Of a stretch of DNA of 64,000 nt, positions 48,301-62,372 are shown in pieces. The stretch spans positions 40,310,304 to 40,374,303 of the forward strand of contig NC_092671.1 of NCBI RefSeq assembly GCF_964355755.1. The letters are read 5' to 3'. The notes under the pieces were generated by a model. It did not search any database. It worked only from the letters and a program-made list of their open reading frames with translations, and was not told the origin of the DNA. How positions within the stretch are numbered: the first letter of the stretch is position 1; every line of letters begins with the position of its first letter. Made by a program: the position numbers and the translations under genes. The stretch comes from Antedon mediterranea. Taxonomy: Eukaryota > Animalia > Echinodermata.

Positions 48301-50946
48301 CATGGGCTTACTCGATAGAAGAAGACACAATTATCTTATTTATTTACTTGCTTGATTACTTGCCTGATGATGATGGGTCATTGAAAAGATTTGCAAGTTA
48401 TCTTTTTTTCTGACTGACGTTTGGGGGATATAATAGATTCTCACCTTGTGAGTGAGTGGCCGAGTGGTTAAGACAGTGGAACCGTAATCACGTAGCCAAA
48501 CATCGGCAGGGGTTCGAGGCTCACTCACTCCATGGTTCTGGTGGTAGAACAAGTCTTCTCGGATAAGGACTATAAACCGTAGTCCAGTGTACACAACTTG
48601 CTCGTGTGCACTTTAAAGAACCTAGTACATCTTTCGAGACGAGTAGGGAGTTACCCCGGTGTATTAGTACATCACAGCCACTGATCACCAACTGGGCCCT
48701 CTGGGAGATCAGTCTTTGACTGAAGAAGTCACCCAGTATAAAGATAAAACAAACAAACAAACTCACCTTAAATGCAAAGAAATGGTTAGTGTAAAGTTCT
48801 CCAAAAAGAAATTCAGATCCAGCGTCTGTAAAATCAAGGAAAATGGTAACTTTGTCACCAAGCCAATCGAAGATTTCAAATCCAATGTCAGTTCGCAGTA
48901 CAAACAATCCAAGGAGAAACTGTAAAGCTAAACCCCACAACACGGGACGCCATATTACCTGAGAGAATAAAGACGATTTTAACTAATTAATACAATTTTA
49001 TACTGTAACACAAATAAGTATAACCGGTTCCTCCTAAGTGTGAAGTAGAATTTTGTTTCTCAATATATTGTATCCATCAAACTCAAATTTGTTTTCCCCA
49101 AAAATCACAATCTTTCATTTTGAATAATCAGTCTAATGTATTGATCTGATAATGAGCAATTTTCCTACCTGACCCGGATGTTTTGAGAAGATGTAGGTAA
49201 ACAGGACAAAAATAACCAAACCACCAAAAGAAATGAGCTGTTCAGGAGAATCTTTGACTAAAAACACCAAAATGATGATGAATGCTACCACAAGCAAGAT
49301 ATACAAAGGCCTGCAATAAAACAAATAATCATTATAATTATTGCTAATACTAGACATAAATGATACAATTCATTCATTCATTTATTTGGTCTAAATCATT
49401 GTCAACATAATATGTACAAAAGACAAGAAAATACACACAAAATGGAGTTTTAAAAGGTATGAAACTGCAATAAAACAATATCTTCTTCTCTTTGTACTTT
49501 TATAAATGTGACAAATGTGAGGTTCAAAAATTAAAGATTAGTATAGAAACCGAATAAATATGGACCAACATGGTAGTCGAATAAAAGCCAATTTACACAG
49601 ACGAGCGGTAACGGTAATACAAATATAGAATCTGTTATTTATAATGTTTAAACTGACCACTTTATATGGCTCCAATTATTGTCAACTTTATGTGAAGCCG
49701 GTTTGATCAAGCTCCTCTCAATCTGACTTCCAGCATTATCGCGAATAACCGCATAAATAAAAATAAAAACAGCTATACACGTGAAAATAAGAAGAATCTC
49801 AGCTTCGTCATAATCATACCACAATGCGTAGGCAAAGTAGGCGATGTAAAGTAATGTTAAAAAGATGGCGATGATCCAATGTGTTAACTTCTTGTTTTCA
49901 TTGTAAAAGTCACTTGCTGCCACCTTAGCTTCATCAACAGACTAGAAAAGAACGACATTTCACAATTATTGCTTCAAATAGCCACTTTAATTAGATCTTC
50001 AATCTAAAATTTAAAACTTATTTGAGTGGTCATAACATATATGAATTTGCAGGAAACTAAACCGATCCGTAATATATTATTATCTGTGAGAACGAGAAAA
50101 TGTCGCCCAACCGATATTCAGACCCGGAACCTTCTGCTTAAATTGACGTCCTAACCATTAGACCACTTGGATTATTATAGGTGGTTCAATTTCGACCCTC
50201 GGTGTGGTATGGCGGAACAACATTAGTTCTCAATTGTACGTATGCGCAACAGAGATTATATGAACGGGCTTTTTCGTACTAGAATATCACCAGGCGGTTT
50301 CCTATGGCCTTTATATATATAACGATTATATTATAATATTATAGAATATTACATTATTATTTAAGAGGTAATTCGTAGTCTGTGAAATGTGTGTCAAGGG
50401 CTAATAAACGTTGTATATAATTGTTACTGGTATATGAAACTATCTTAAAACCACAAAAATTTTAAAATCTTAAAACCTTCTTAGCTATAGTACTGCGGTA
50501 ATACATGCATATATTTCTGAATACCAGATTTTCCCACAATAATTTTGAGAAAGTATCTTGTCAAAATCCTACCGCCCAAAATCCTGTTGATTGCTGTGGT
50601 TCCTCTTTGTCTGTTTTTGGTACTGTGTCGATGGCCACATCATCTAGTTTAGCCTGAGACGACGTATGTTGTTGAAGATGAGGCTCACCACCCTTTTCGT
50701 ACCCGTCATTTACATGAGATCCATTTCCACTCGTATTGTACTTTGTCAACTCAATGTCCTGTAACAAAATATAAAAGTTATGAAAAATAATGTATGACAC
50801 ATCGTTCACAAAACTTTGTCGACGTCTATACCCGACAAATTAACAGAAACACTTACGTCATCTGGTGATCCATTTAGTCTCGAATAGCCAAAGCTATCGT
50901 ACTTACTATAAGGCTTGTATAACCTTTTAGTGGCATTATCAGACAT
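45339..50946 (-). CDS. SLC28A3: SLC28/CNT Na+-nucleoside cotransporter paralog B (about 631 aa)
   Basis: Exons 50946-50857 (tentative first), 50758-50573, 49941-49658, 49310-49169, 48958-48767, 48246-48085, 47101-46845, 46488-46320, 46214-46056, 45891-45711, 45412-45339. Motifs [33 protein letters not shown]. Confidence 0.9.
47215..48040. repeat. 21-bp minisatellite with alternating variants (42/63-bp higher order)
   Basis: aataaaatggtgtagttgcc alternates with gaatcaactggtatagttgct. Confidence 0.92.
48445..48762 (+). mobile_element. tRNA-derived SINE with Deu/Nin-like central domain
   Basis: A box tggccgagtgg, B box ggttcgagg, core ggataaggactataaaccg..taaagaacc..gagtagggagttaccccggtgt, and an (AAAC)n tail. 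It is absent from the matching intron of paralog C. Confidence 0.8.
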
Positions 50947-53900
50947 CTCATAACAAGCACTTGATCGCAAACAACAACAGTTCTATTAAATCTAAGGCTA
51001 AATTAGTATTCCCGTAATACTGTATTTATGCGGGCATGAATATACTGCTAAGTATAAATGAATGATAATTAAAATCCCATTAATTTAGAATATATTCATT
51101 ATGAACCTTTAATGTTCGCGCACCTTTGACCTGTTTAAGTGATGGGATCATGGGGTAATGGGGGTTGTAGGATAAACACATGAATTATACACATTTTTAG
51201 CCGCATATAGCCCTTGTAGAACGTGACGTGTTAAATGTGATTGATACCGGTATGACAAATTGACGGAGCCTGACGTCACAACAACTTTAATCTCTACCTT
51301 TCCGCCCTCAATGGTTTGTACACCGAGTTCATTTAAGTACTTCAGGGTTACCATTATTATCGATCAATGTGGGGAAAAATTGGGTTTGGACATTTAATGA
51401 TAAGCTAATGTCAAAGTTCCAACAACAATTTAATTTTTTGGAAAAAATTTGGCTTACTTACGTTAAAAGACATGATTATTCTTGTGTTTGCTGTCTCTCC
51501 TTTCTCAACCAGTATTTCGTTTTAAACCTAAATTGAAAAAAAAAACAAAAAACACAGTAGCATAAAATACATTGTACATATACAACAGAAGTGTAATATT
51601 AGACAGGGTCACTATAATAACCACGAAGTGTTATTATAGGTCTATTCCAGTTTATGTACGATTTTATTTTTAACCTGATCGAAGTAGAACACTATTGAAT
51701 CCGTGCTACGTTCTGTAATGACGTCACATATTTTTGAAAAAATAAAATAATTCCGATGAGAATTATGGATAATAAATACAATACAAGTTACTGATATTCA
51801 TATTTGGTAAACATATCTATATATACTTTTGTATTTTGTACTAGTATAAGCTTTCTTTTAAATAAGCTTATATAACTTTGTTTTAATTATTATTATAAAG
51901 TATAATACTAATCTTGTTCAACAATATATTGTACGGCAATGCTAAACATGCTGTTAGGATATAGTACGTCACTATTCTGTTATATAGGTATTGGTATATA
52001 AAAGATTTGTCTATTCATTATAACTCCATGGTCTGTTCAAATATTGATTTGATGGTGACAATTGGTACAGTTGCTCAATGTAATGGGAGCATAATTTAAA
52101 ATCTTCTAAAACTTTTTACCCGAGTCATTATCATTCCGCTGAGAACCATCGTATACACTTCCCAGATAGGGAGCGAGCGAAGCGAGCTCACCCTTTAGTA
52201 ATTTAAATTCAAATAAGTCGTCCATATTGTTATTCGCTTCATTGCTGTTTTTCTAGTATCTTGAATTAAGTGCAATAAAACCACCCACAAACACAATAAT
52301 ATATTGTGTATACACAGTGTTATTGTTTGCACTAGATAGTAGGGCTACACAGCATGTTGTAAGTACGTTAAGTGGCTGCTACTGTATACTTGTATTATAT
52401 TTTGAAAGTTAGCATTGAGCTATTCATATAGGATTCAACAGAATACATAGAATAATGTCAAACATTACTGTAGGTGTTCAAGCAAATAGACTAATGTGGA
52501 AGTCACAGTAATAATTAGATAAAAATTATATCAACAAGATATTACAATAAAGAACCACATGTTGACGAATCTTACCATTTACAATGAAACTCCTATTCTA
52601 TTCAAAAGAACGTATGGTGTAATCCTTTATCAAACTTTTATATAAAGTTATTGTGTAGGTCGCTAACTTGTATATAGTCACTTTAGGTCACTATCTTTTG
52701 TATAAAGTCACGGTAGGCCGCTATCTTTTACTTTTATAATTGAGTGAGATTTTAGTTTTCCTTGGATATAAGGATTGTGATAAGATTAAATAAGTTTTAT
52801 AAGTTTCTTCTCATTGGTCAATTAGAATAATCGACCTAGGAAGGATCAACAGGATTATTACAATAAGTATTACAGGGTTAGCACGTCAGCTTTCAGGAAA
52901 CTCCGGTTCATGTTCTGCCATTTGATTATGTTAATCATCTACTTCAGAATGGTTTCCGAGAAAAAAACAACTACTGAGTATGCCTACAGATTAAAATATT
53001 TCCACAAATTATAACTAGCTTGTTGTCTGGGTAAATGTATGCTTAGGAAGCATATTGTTTGCCAGAACCGTAAGTGGAACGCTACATGAATAAAGTAACC
53101 GGTTTATTTTCATTGTTGCATTTGTATCTTAATAATTTCTATCTATCATCAATCTATATTAAAAACAATGCTCAAAGTAAAGTTAAATAAAGTTAAACTA
53201 TAAGAAATAGAATAAAAGAGAGGGCCTACATTTTATTGATTTTTTTATTATGTCGGATTATACTGTGATTAATTTAATGGTGTTTCTTTTAATTTATTTG
53301 TACTTTTGATAGATGTCACTGAGCAGATATAATACTTTGTCGTGACGAAATAAACTGCACGTTGGTTAAGTACTATCTTTACTGGAGTGTGTAAAATTAC
53401 AATGAGATCTAACAAAAACTTTTAATTTGAATGATAACGTTGAAAACAGGTCAACTCTTAAGAGCTACCAAAATAGTACACATTCTATTATTGACCCCAC
53501 GGTTCGTCCTGAACAAAATGCTAATTTAAAAGTTTTCGAAAATACTCGTTAATTGTGGTGTATTTGTAGACCAGTTCTGAAATTCGGGGTCATTTTGGTG
53601 GAAATTAAATCTTTTTCATTGGATACAATATTTTACCATTTTTCGTTGTTTAAACATAAACACGCTATGTTTATTCTCCCACAGTAGAACCATGCAGGTA
53701 TAGTTCTATGGTATAGGCCTTAATCCCTCCTTTAAGACATCCCTATTCAGAGGACACTTGTATTAGGGGATGACACCCCTATTCAGGAGAAACTTTTAAG
53801 GAATAACACTCCGATTCAGGAAACTTCTTTATTAAGGGAACAGTGAAACGAACGACGAAACCCTATTTAGGGAACATTTTGATTGATCTGGAAGATATCC

Positions 53901-54552
53901 CTCACATATTATACTGTGTATTCTTCTATTTTAATGTCACCGTATATTTATAAATATTTATGTGACTACCATTGGATATTAAAATCTCAATATTGAAATT
54001 TGCATATAGTGTATAGGCCTCAACATTTGATAAAACTTGATAAAACTAGTTTAAAAAATGAGAACAATAATCACCCAATTAAAAAAAGATAGCGACAACA
54101 TCTAGCATAAACGTATCATAAAGCACCAGTAATCACTAATTACAATAAAATACATCATAAAATTCTGCAGTTTAATTTACTACAACTAACTAAAAATACA
54201 AAAACGTAGGCCTATGTTTTGTTTGTAAAGCCTCGGCTAAAAGCAAGTAATGTCGCGGGGAAAAGGGTCAGAAGAGAAGCTGGAAGAAGCTTTTCACCAA
54301 CACAATATCACTTGCAAACTGTCAATTTCTGTTCTGACTGACCCACGAATATAACAAAACACTAAATATAATGTAACTCATCAAATTAGGCCTAAATATT
54401 GAATTCATCTTTTCTTACCTGTAAAAGTATGGGAATCTGTGCGGTCTTGGAAGGATACTAGACTAAGCTCTACACCTACCCTATCGTACGTTTGTTTGTC
54501 ACAATCGGACCTATTGTCCAATTCTTATGTCGAAACAATAAAAACCCTTTGT

Positions 54553-54790
54553 AAGTAAAATAACAGTCCAACGAAGCGTTGTCAATTTGATGAATACGTT
54601 CTCCGAGTTTGACGCTTGATCTTTTATAACTTAATACAAAGTTGGATTTTTAAAGTTCAATTGCTTTTTAGTTGGTTACTTGAACAGCCATGGAAGAAAT
54701 TCCTCCATACCTCAACGCGCGCCACCACTACCAAGCAAATGTTACAGGTGTATCACCTGTGCATAGAACAAAGAGCTTCCATGTAATCTA
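54553..54790. promoter_or_regulatory. Conserved upstream block of CNT-B, homologous to 63035-63245 upstream of CNT-C
   Basis: Shared tcaatttgatgaatacgttctccgagtttgacgct, aaagttcaattgctttt and caggtg..cacctg..gcatagaacaaa. Confidence 0.6.
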
Positions 54791-55890
54791 TTAATTAGTA
54801 CAATAAATGAGGTATAAAGGTCGAAATAAAATTTTTTTTAATTATTGTTATTATAGGAGCATATCATATAAAATATAAAGTTAATTCTAATTTGAATACG
54901 ATCCCTAGTACATCTCATTTATTGTTGTGGTTGATACAAAGGCCGATAACATACTATTGGATCACTAGAGCGGTTAAATTATTTAATAAAAAGAAACTGT
55001 GCGGTTAATTTTTTTTGAAAATATTGACCAGAAAACCAAATAAATCATTAATCTTTGTGAATATATCCAAAGCCAATGAGTCTGATTATTGTTTGCATTC
55101 GTTTTGGAAGTTCTCTTTTGGAAAAACATAAATACAGTGATCGGGAAATGAATGATCTAGCCTATAACAGTATCAATATCCGTCAAACTTCTCATTTAAA
55201 TGCACATTCACTTAAATGGGGCTGAGTTACACTTAATTTAAATAAGTATAAATAAACATTGGTGTGATTTATCTAGTACAATGTATTCAATTATTAGTTA
55301 GTCGATGTTTTCTTTTGTTACAATTAATTGGAGTCACTTTATCTCTTTAAATGACCTTTCATAGCCTTTCCCACAGTTGTTATGTAAGAGGGATGATAGT
55401 CACAACAATATATTTTGAATACTGTTCTACTATAAATAAATTAAAATGTGAAGATATAGCTACTAGTATTATTGAATACTGTTCTACTATAAATAAATTA
55501 AACTGTGAAGATATAGCTACCTGTAGTATTGAGTTTCATATTACATTATTCGAGAATCAGAAAAAACGACAACGACATAGGCCTAATGACATTTCAACTT
55601 TATTGCATTTAAGTTAATACTGATGATACAGCATTAAATTTAAAATTCTTAATTTTAAAAAATGTTTTACTCAAACACGCTAATTAAAATACACTATATT
55701 ATTACTGTTGGTAAAATCTAAGGATATAAAATATATAAATGTTTATCAAATGTATTTTGTCAATATTCTGTCAGAGCGGATTCACATTCGCATATTATTT
55801 CTTAGATAATTTATTCATTTAGTTTATTTACTTTTAGAAATCTTCATCCATAATGCTTCTCCAACTTTATGTTTCAAGTCTCAAATTAGA

Positions 55891-58800
55891 TTATGTAACT
55901 GGTACAATCGCTGTCCCGTTCATTATTACCCTTTCAAGATTTTCCTCGTACAAAATTCCTGAAAAAGGTATTCCAATCAAATCAAATAAACATTTATTTC
56001 TTTCGTTTAAAACTATGAGTTTAACAAGAGCGAATGTTGTAAGGTGTGTAGACCAGTTTACAACTTTGTAAGCTATGAGTTTAACAAGATCGAATTTTGT
56101 AAGGTGTGTAGACCAGTTTACAACTTTGTAAACTTTTGTTTGTGAGTTTGGTCAGTAACTCTTGTTAAATCCATAGTTGGCGACTAAAGTTTACAACGTT
56201 GTCAACTGATCTACACACCTGAACAAACTCACTCTTAAACCTATATTTATGGAACACAAGTTTGTCAGGTGTGTAGACCAGTTGACATCTTTGTAAGCTT
56301 GTGTTGTCAACTATGGGTTTAACAAGAAAGAGTTTGGTCAGGTGTGCATGTTTTAGAAGTTTATCAACTTACCGGTCTACACATGAAAACTTTTTTTACC
56401 AAACTCGAATTGCAAACTGAATTGTGCTAGATACTTTCATTTCTATACATACCTGCAATACAAGCGGTCATAAAGGAAGCAATCGTTCCAGCTATTAGAG
56501 CTCGAACTGCAACAGTAGCAAATGCAGCTTTCCGAGTCGGAGCCATTGGAGTAAGCCCTCCAAGTTGAATTCCAATGGAGCCTATACTAGCAAATCCACA
56601 CAAAGCGTATGTAGCGATGACCTCTGACCGCTTCTATTAATATTATCATTATAAAAAAGTGATAATTCAATGTATCACCATTTCCCAAGCCTAGTAATGT
56701 TTTCTTTTTTATTTTTTACACAAAATTATATATTATAATAATTTAGAAGTCAAAAAGTACAATAAAACGTAAGCAGGTTATCACAAGCAAGCAAAATATT
56801 TTGATCTGTGGCACCCTTAAAGCCTGTTTTCCTGTCGACGTTAGTCGACGCTATCGTTCGTTCAACGACCATCGTTTGAAAACGATCAAGTTGAAATGAT
56901 AACGATAGCGAGTACCTTTTCCTGTAAATCGTTACCATTTCAATGTTTACGTAGAAGATCGCTGATTATTGTTAACGATAGCGTCGAATAACGTCGACAG
57001 GAAAACAGGCTTAATTTTAAAATAAATGTAACTGTACTAGCAAAACGCAGAAAACTATACACTATTGATATTGCTAAAATAATTATACTTACTGATATAC
57101 TACCAGCTTCTATGAACTCTGTAAGTCTGAGATATCCAACAAATTCGTTAAGAAATGCCTTAATTCCAATCAACTCGGCAACTTCACGACAATCTTCCCA
57201 TTCTACACCCATTATAAAGGCAACCGGCATGAACACATATGAACAGATCAACTAAACAATAGCAGAACAAGATGATGATAGCATACGTGTAAAACAGTTT
57301 TGTACAACTTTTTCCACCTCGCGCCACTGAAGATTTGGAATATATCACAATGAAAATACAGAAAGACGACAATCGTTTAAACTGAGTTTTAGAGAACATT
57401 TGGGTATCTATATCGGGTACAAATAATAATGAATATTAATAAATACCTCAAAAGTAAGACCTTCAATTCCTACAAGCCCACCAAACCAAGTAAGTATAGC
57501 ATTAAAAAACGCCAAGATGGCTAAGAATGCAATCAGATTAGCTGCGATATTTGCAACAAGTGAGACGGCTGTGGAAGCGCCTACTGATGCTGCTTCAATA
57601 ATATTTCGTTCTTCACTGTGAAAAAAAAGAACGGTTTTCTATCAGAAAAGTTATCAATTTTACTTATTGCTTTCTTATTTCTTAGGCCTACTTTCAATAC
57701 AAGTGACAAAAACTTTTGCAAAATACCAAATAAAGTACAATTCCTCGTCGGTTAAAAATATTATTTAAATAAAAGAATGGAAAATCTGTTGAATTTTCAA
57801 AACAATGCAATATAACCCATCCTCGGAAGCTGAGAGACAACTCCGTCAGTCTCAACATTTCAATGCATACTTCGTTTATGTGTGAACGATAGACACGCTG
57901 GGCCAAGCCGTGACAATGTTAAAAGACACTTACCCTTTTGGTATCTTAACCTGCTCTACAGTCACCATTTTGGATTCTTCTGTTTCTGGCCAGAATAATT
58001 TAGAAATAGCTAGAGCAGCTGGTGCTGACATGACTGATGCACTGATTAAATGCGATGCATCGACACCAAATGAAATGTAAGCACCGAGAACGCTTCCTGC
58101 TATTGTAGAGAACCCTCCTGTCATTATGGCATGGATCTCAGAAAGGGTCATGTCTTTCAGAAATGGCCGAACCATTAATGGTGCTTCGGTCTGGAAAACG
58201 AATAAACATATCGTGTTTAAGTCTTTAATTAAGACATTTCATTATTATTATTGATGCAGTTGCATTGAAATGAGTTCACCCAAAGAGTGTGGGACAATAA
58301 TTCATTTATTTCACAAAAAATATAGATATAATTGAAATATTGTTCAACCTGTACCTGGCCAATGAATATGTTTCCGGCAGCATTGAGTGATTCTGCTGCT
58401 GATGTTTTCATTGTATACTGCATTAGCCAGGCAATTTTCTCGATAACGAACTGCATGGCACCAAGGTAGTATAGTACACTGATGACACTACTGAAATAGA
58501 TCACAACTGGAAGAACCTGGAGGAAAAAGGAAAAATCTTCAGAACTTGGGTAAAGCTATCAAATAAAAGAATATCATGCTGTATTCGATAGAAGAAAGAC
58601 ACAATTATCCTATATTTATTTACTGCACAGCTTACCTTAAATGCGAAAAAATGGTTAGTGTAAAGTTCTCCAAAAAGAAATTCAGATCCAGCATCGGCAA
58701 AATCAAGGAATGTTGTAACTCTCTCTCCGAGCCAGTCGAATATTTTAAATCCAATATCAGTTCGCAGTACAAACAATCCAAGGAGGAACTGTAACGTTAG

Positions 58801-61032
58801 ACCCCACAATACCGGACGCCATATTACCTGGGAGAACAAGTTATTTATCTAACCAAATTACATAATCTTTTTACTTAATTATAACAGTATTCTTATTAAT
58901 TGGTCAGATGTTTACGCTACTCTAACGAGTAAGTAGTAATACTTATACTGCTAGGTACATAAACAAAACACTTGATAATTGTCAGGTGGGACTCGGACCT
59001 ACGACCACCCGAGTATTCTAATATTACCTGAGTGGGATGTTTTGAGAAGATGTAGGTAAACAGCACAAAAATAACCAAACCACCAAAAGAAATGAGCTGT
59101 TCAGGAGAATCTTTGACTAAAAACACCAAAATGATGACGAATGCTACAACAAGCAAGATATACAAAGGCCTGCAATAAAACAAGATAATAATCATTATAT
59201 TAGTTATAGTTGTTATGTATAACAATTATTATTAAACAGTAGGCAAACATCTCTTAGATGACGTGCCCTTATAATGTTTACGTCACCGTTTTGATTTCTT
59301 CTCATCTTGCAATAAAAGAAATGAAAACAAGATCTAGGCGTCTGCTCCTCTTCGCTTGAATGCTTAGAACATTTTGTGGTAATTATAATACTGTAAAACA
59401 TGAATAATGTTTTTCTAAGTACAGGTCATAAGTTACGTACCTAATGCCATTTCGACAAACCACAGTGAAATATGGCATACGGATAGGATCCATACAAATA
59501 ATACTATTACTGTACTATAATTATTAATTAGGCTATTTATCGTTCAATAAACCTGATAACGCGTGGACTTTAAAACCTACCATTTTATATGGCTCCAACT
59601 ATTATTAACTTTATGTAAAGCCGGTTTGATTAAGCTCTCCTCGATCTGACTTCCAGCATTATCGCGAATAACCACGTAAATAAAAATAAAAACAGCTATA
59701 CATGTGAAAATAAGAAGAATCTCAGCTTCGTCATAATCATACCACAATGCGTAGGCAAAGTAGGCGATGTAAAGTAATGTTAAGATGATGGCGATGATCC
59801 AATGTGTTAACTTCTTGTTGTCATTGTAAAAGTCACTTGCTGTCTTCTTAGCTTCATCAACAGACTATAAGAGGAGAAAATGTTAGTACAGTATTTCTCG
59901 CTTCACTTTCAAGTTAGGAATAACACATTTTTTTAGGATGATGACTTATAGAGGCTCACATATCATAATTATATATAAACACAATTTTATTTCCATCTTG
60001 CTACCAGCATCAATCAATCAGGTCAAGTCAAGTTCAATAAAAATTTATTTTAAAATGGTCATTTTTTTTCTTTACAAACAATATTATATCAATAAACAAT
60101 AATCAACAATGTATACAAGACCATTTTAGGGATCAAAATTAGAAGTTAAAATTGTCTCACAATGACCCCCAAAATAAAGAAGAAGAGAAGAGAACATAAC
60201 GGTACCATTAACACAACACATAAAACGCATAAAATGAATTAAAATGTACAATGCGCATAATATTTAGTAGTCATTGGTTGGATAACTAGATAAATATGTT
60301 CATATGCATTCTAAATGAGCTTACAGTATTTAAATGAATTACGGTAGTTGTTTCGTTTCAATGAGATCGTCATTGACCATGGAAAATGAAACATTCAATA
60401 AAGACTGGTACTAATACGTTGGGACACAATGAAACGTCGTGTGTAAGAAAAACACACATAATCAGAATAAAATTTACCGTCCAAAATCCAGTTTTCTGTG
60501 GTGGTTCAACTTTGTCTATTTTTGGTAATGTTGCAATGATGACGTCATCTAGATTAGGCCGAGACGATACAGGCCTATGGTGTTTGGTAGGCCGCTCAAC
60601 TTCTTCATCATCATATCCCTTGTTCACAGATCCGACATCTTCATTGACACTTGTTAATTCAATATTCCCCTGTCATAAAAGATATGTTTTTAAATATTAT
60701 CTTAACAGTAGAAAATGACTAATGACTGGTTATGAACATACCGAGGTTACTACATCCGAATATGAATATATAATAGGCCTATATGATATAATAGCCCATC
60801 GTAGAGAAAACAAATCAGAACTGAATGCTATGCTCTCCTCGTTGTACTGTTAAGCTCTGTCTACACTATCAAACTTTATGTGACAACAAAATGGGATATG
60901 ACATAATATTAGACATGCCATAATATCACTACCATTATTTGGGCATATCACTTTTTTGTCAAACTAGTTTGATAGTGTAGACAGAGCTTAAGAAATAATA
61001 TGTTATCCACTTACGTTGACAGATGCATTCAT
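55891..61032 (-). CDS. SLC28A3: SLC28/CNT Na+-nucleoside cotransporter paralog C (about 607 aa)
   Basis: Exons 61032-61015 (tentative first), 60669-60478, 59864-59581, 59169-59028, 58827-58636, 58516-58355, 58190-57934, 57615-57447, 57251-57093, 56633-56453, 55958-55891. Motifs [33 protein letters not shown]. Confidence 0.9.
56010..56400. repeat. Mixed direct and inverted repeat cluster in the last intron of CNT-C
   Basis: aggtgtgtagaccagtt..caactttgtaa occurs in both orientations. Confidence 0.7.
56821..57011. mobile_element. PIF/Harbinger-like MITE with perfect 20-bp TIR and TAA flanks
   Basis: agcctgttttcctgtcgacg / cgtcgacaggaaaacaggct. Confidence 0.85.
60853..60989. mobile_element. Harbinger-like MITE
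   Basis: agctctgtctacactatcaaact / agtttgatagtgtagacagagct in a TTAA context. Confidence 0.85.
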
Positions 61033-62083
61033 CCTACAGGCTCAGAAATGTTCAGCTTGTCGTTTATTCTATGAATAACAAAACACTATTAAAACATTAG
61101 CATTTTACCCTTGAAAATAATTGTGGCACATTCAATCTTAAGCCAACACAATTGAAGTGCAAAGTGTTAAGTTGCCACAGTAGCTAAAAGTAAACCAGTA
61201 CAGTAGCTGTTGTTCATTCTGTGCGAATTCGAAACAGAATCAACAAAACAACTAATTGAAGAATTGTTGAATATTCATTAAACCACTGGAATATACAAGA
61301 TGTACAAAGTGTACGTTTTTTTAGTAGTACATAGGCCTACATACATGGTAGCTTATACGTAAGTACTGTAGCCATGTCATGAGCCTAATTTGGGCAGCTT
61401 GTTGTGTATAATATTCTATAACACAACTGTTACACAGGGTTAAATGTGCACATTCATGTGCACTTCACACCACCGTACCAGCGGCTATAATACGGAATCT
61501 CATTCGTTCTAGATCTATAAACTGTTTTTGCTCAACCTTCTAATACTTAACAATCAATATGTCGATTGAAATCATTTCTGAATAATTCTTACCTGTATCA
61601 ATGTCTGACTCTTCAGTTTTGAAAAATTCCTAACCTTTAAAATTCCGCGTATACGTTTGAAATGACGCATCTATTGTATGTGCTATAGAAAGTTTAACAA
61701 AAGAAAATTCAATACATCGCCAACGAAGCGTTCTCTATAATACAACAATGACTGTTTTGTAGGTTTTAACGCTATATTTCCACAGTATTTGCCAATATAG
61801 TCTTGCCTTGAGTACAGACTGTTATTAATAACGATATAATTTTATTGGTACTTAGTTAGTTAAGGTTAGACCATGGAAATCATTTAATCGTCATTCATAT
61901 CTCAGATCAGAGAGTGGTTCCCCCATTTGTGATAATTTATAAATGTTCATGATAAATTTACTCTTTCCTGGGAAAATCTAACGTTATGAATATGAATACC
62001 AAATTATTATCGACAAAATTCTATGTATATTTTATATGCAAATGACAATAAATGTAAATAAATTGCACTGATGAATGAATGAA

Positions 62084-62372
62084 ACGTTATCCAATGTGTT
62101 ACTGGTCTGTACACGTTATCCAGTGTTACTGGTCTGTACACGTTATCCAACGTGTTACTGGTCAGTACACGTTATCCAATGTGTTACTGGTCAGTACACG
62201 TTATCCAATGTGTTACTGGTCTGTACACGTTATCCAATGTGTTACTGGTCTGTACACGTTATCCAATGTGTTACTGGTCTGTCTGTACACGTTATCCAAT
62301 GTGTTACTGGTCTGTCACGTTATCCAATGTGTTACTGGTCAGTACACGTTATCCAATGTGTTACTGGTCAGT
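62084..62372. repeat. 29-bp minisatellite
   Basis: (acacgttatccaatgtgttactggtctgt)n, about 10 copies. Confidence 0.93.

Noticed and set aside
52168-52200. Helitron 3'-end-like hairpin gagcgagcgaagcgagctc..tagt
   Set aside because: No matching 5' end could be delimited; too little evidence.
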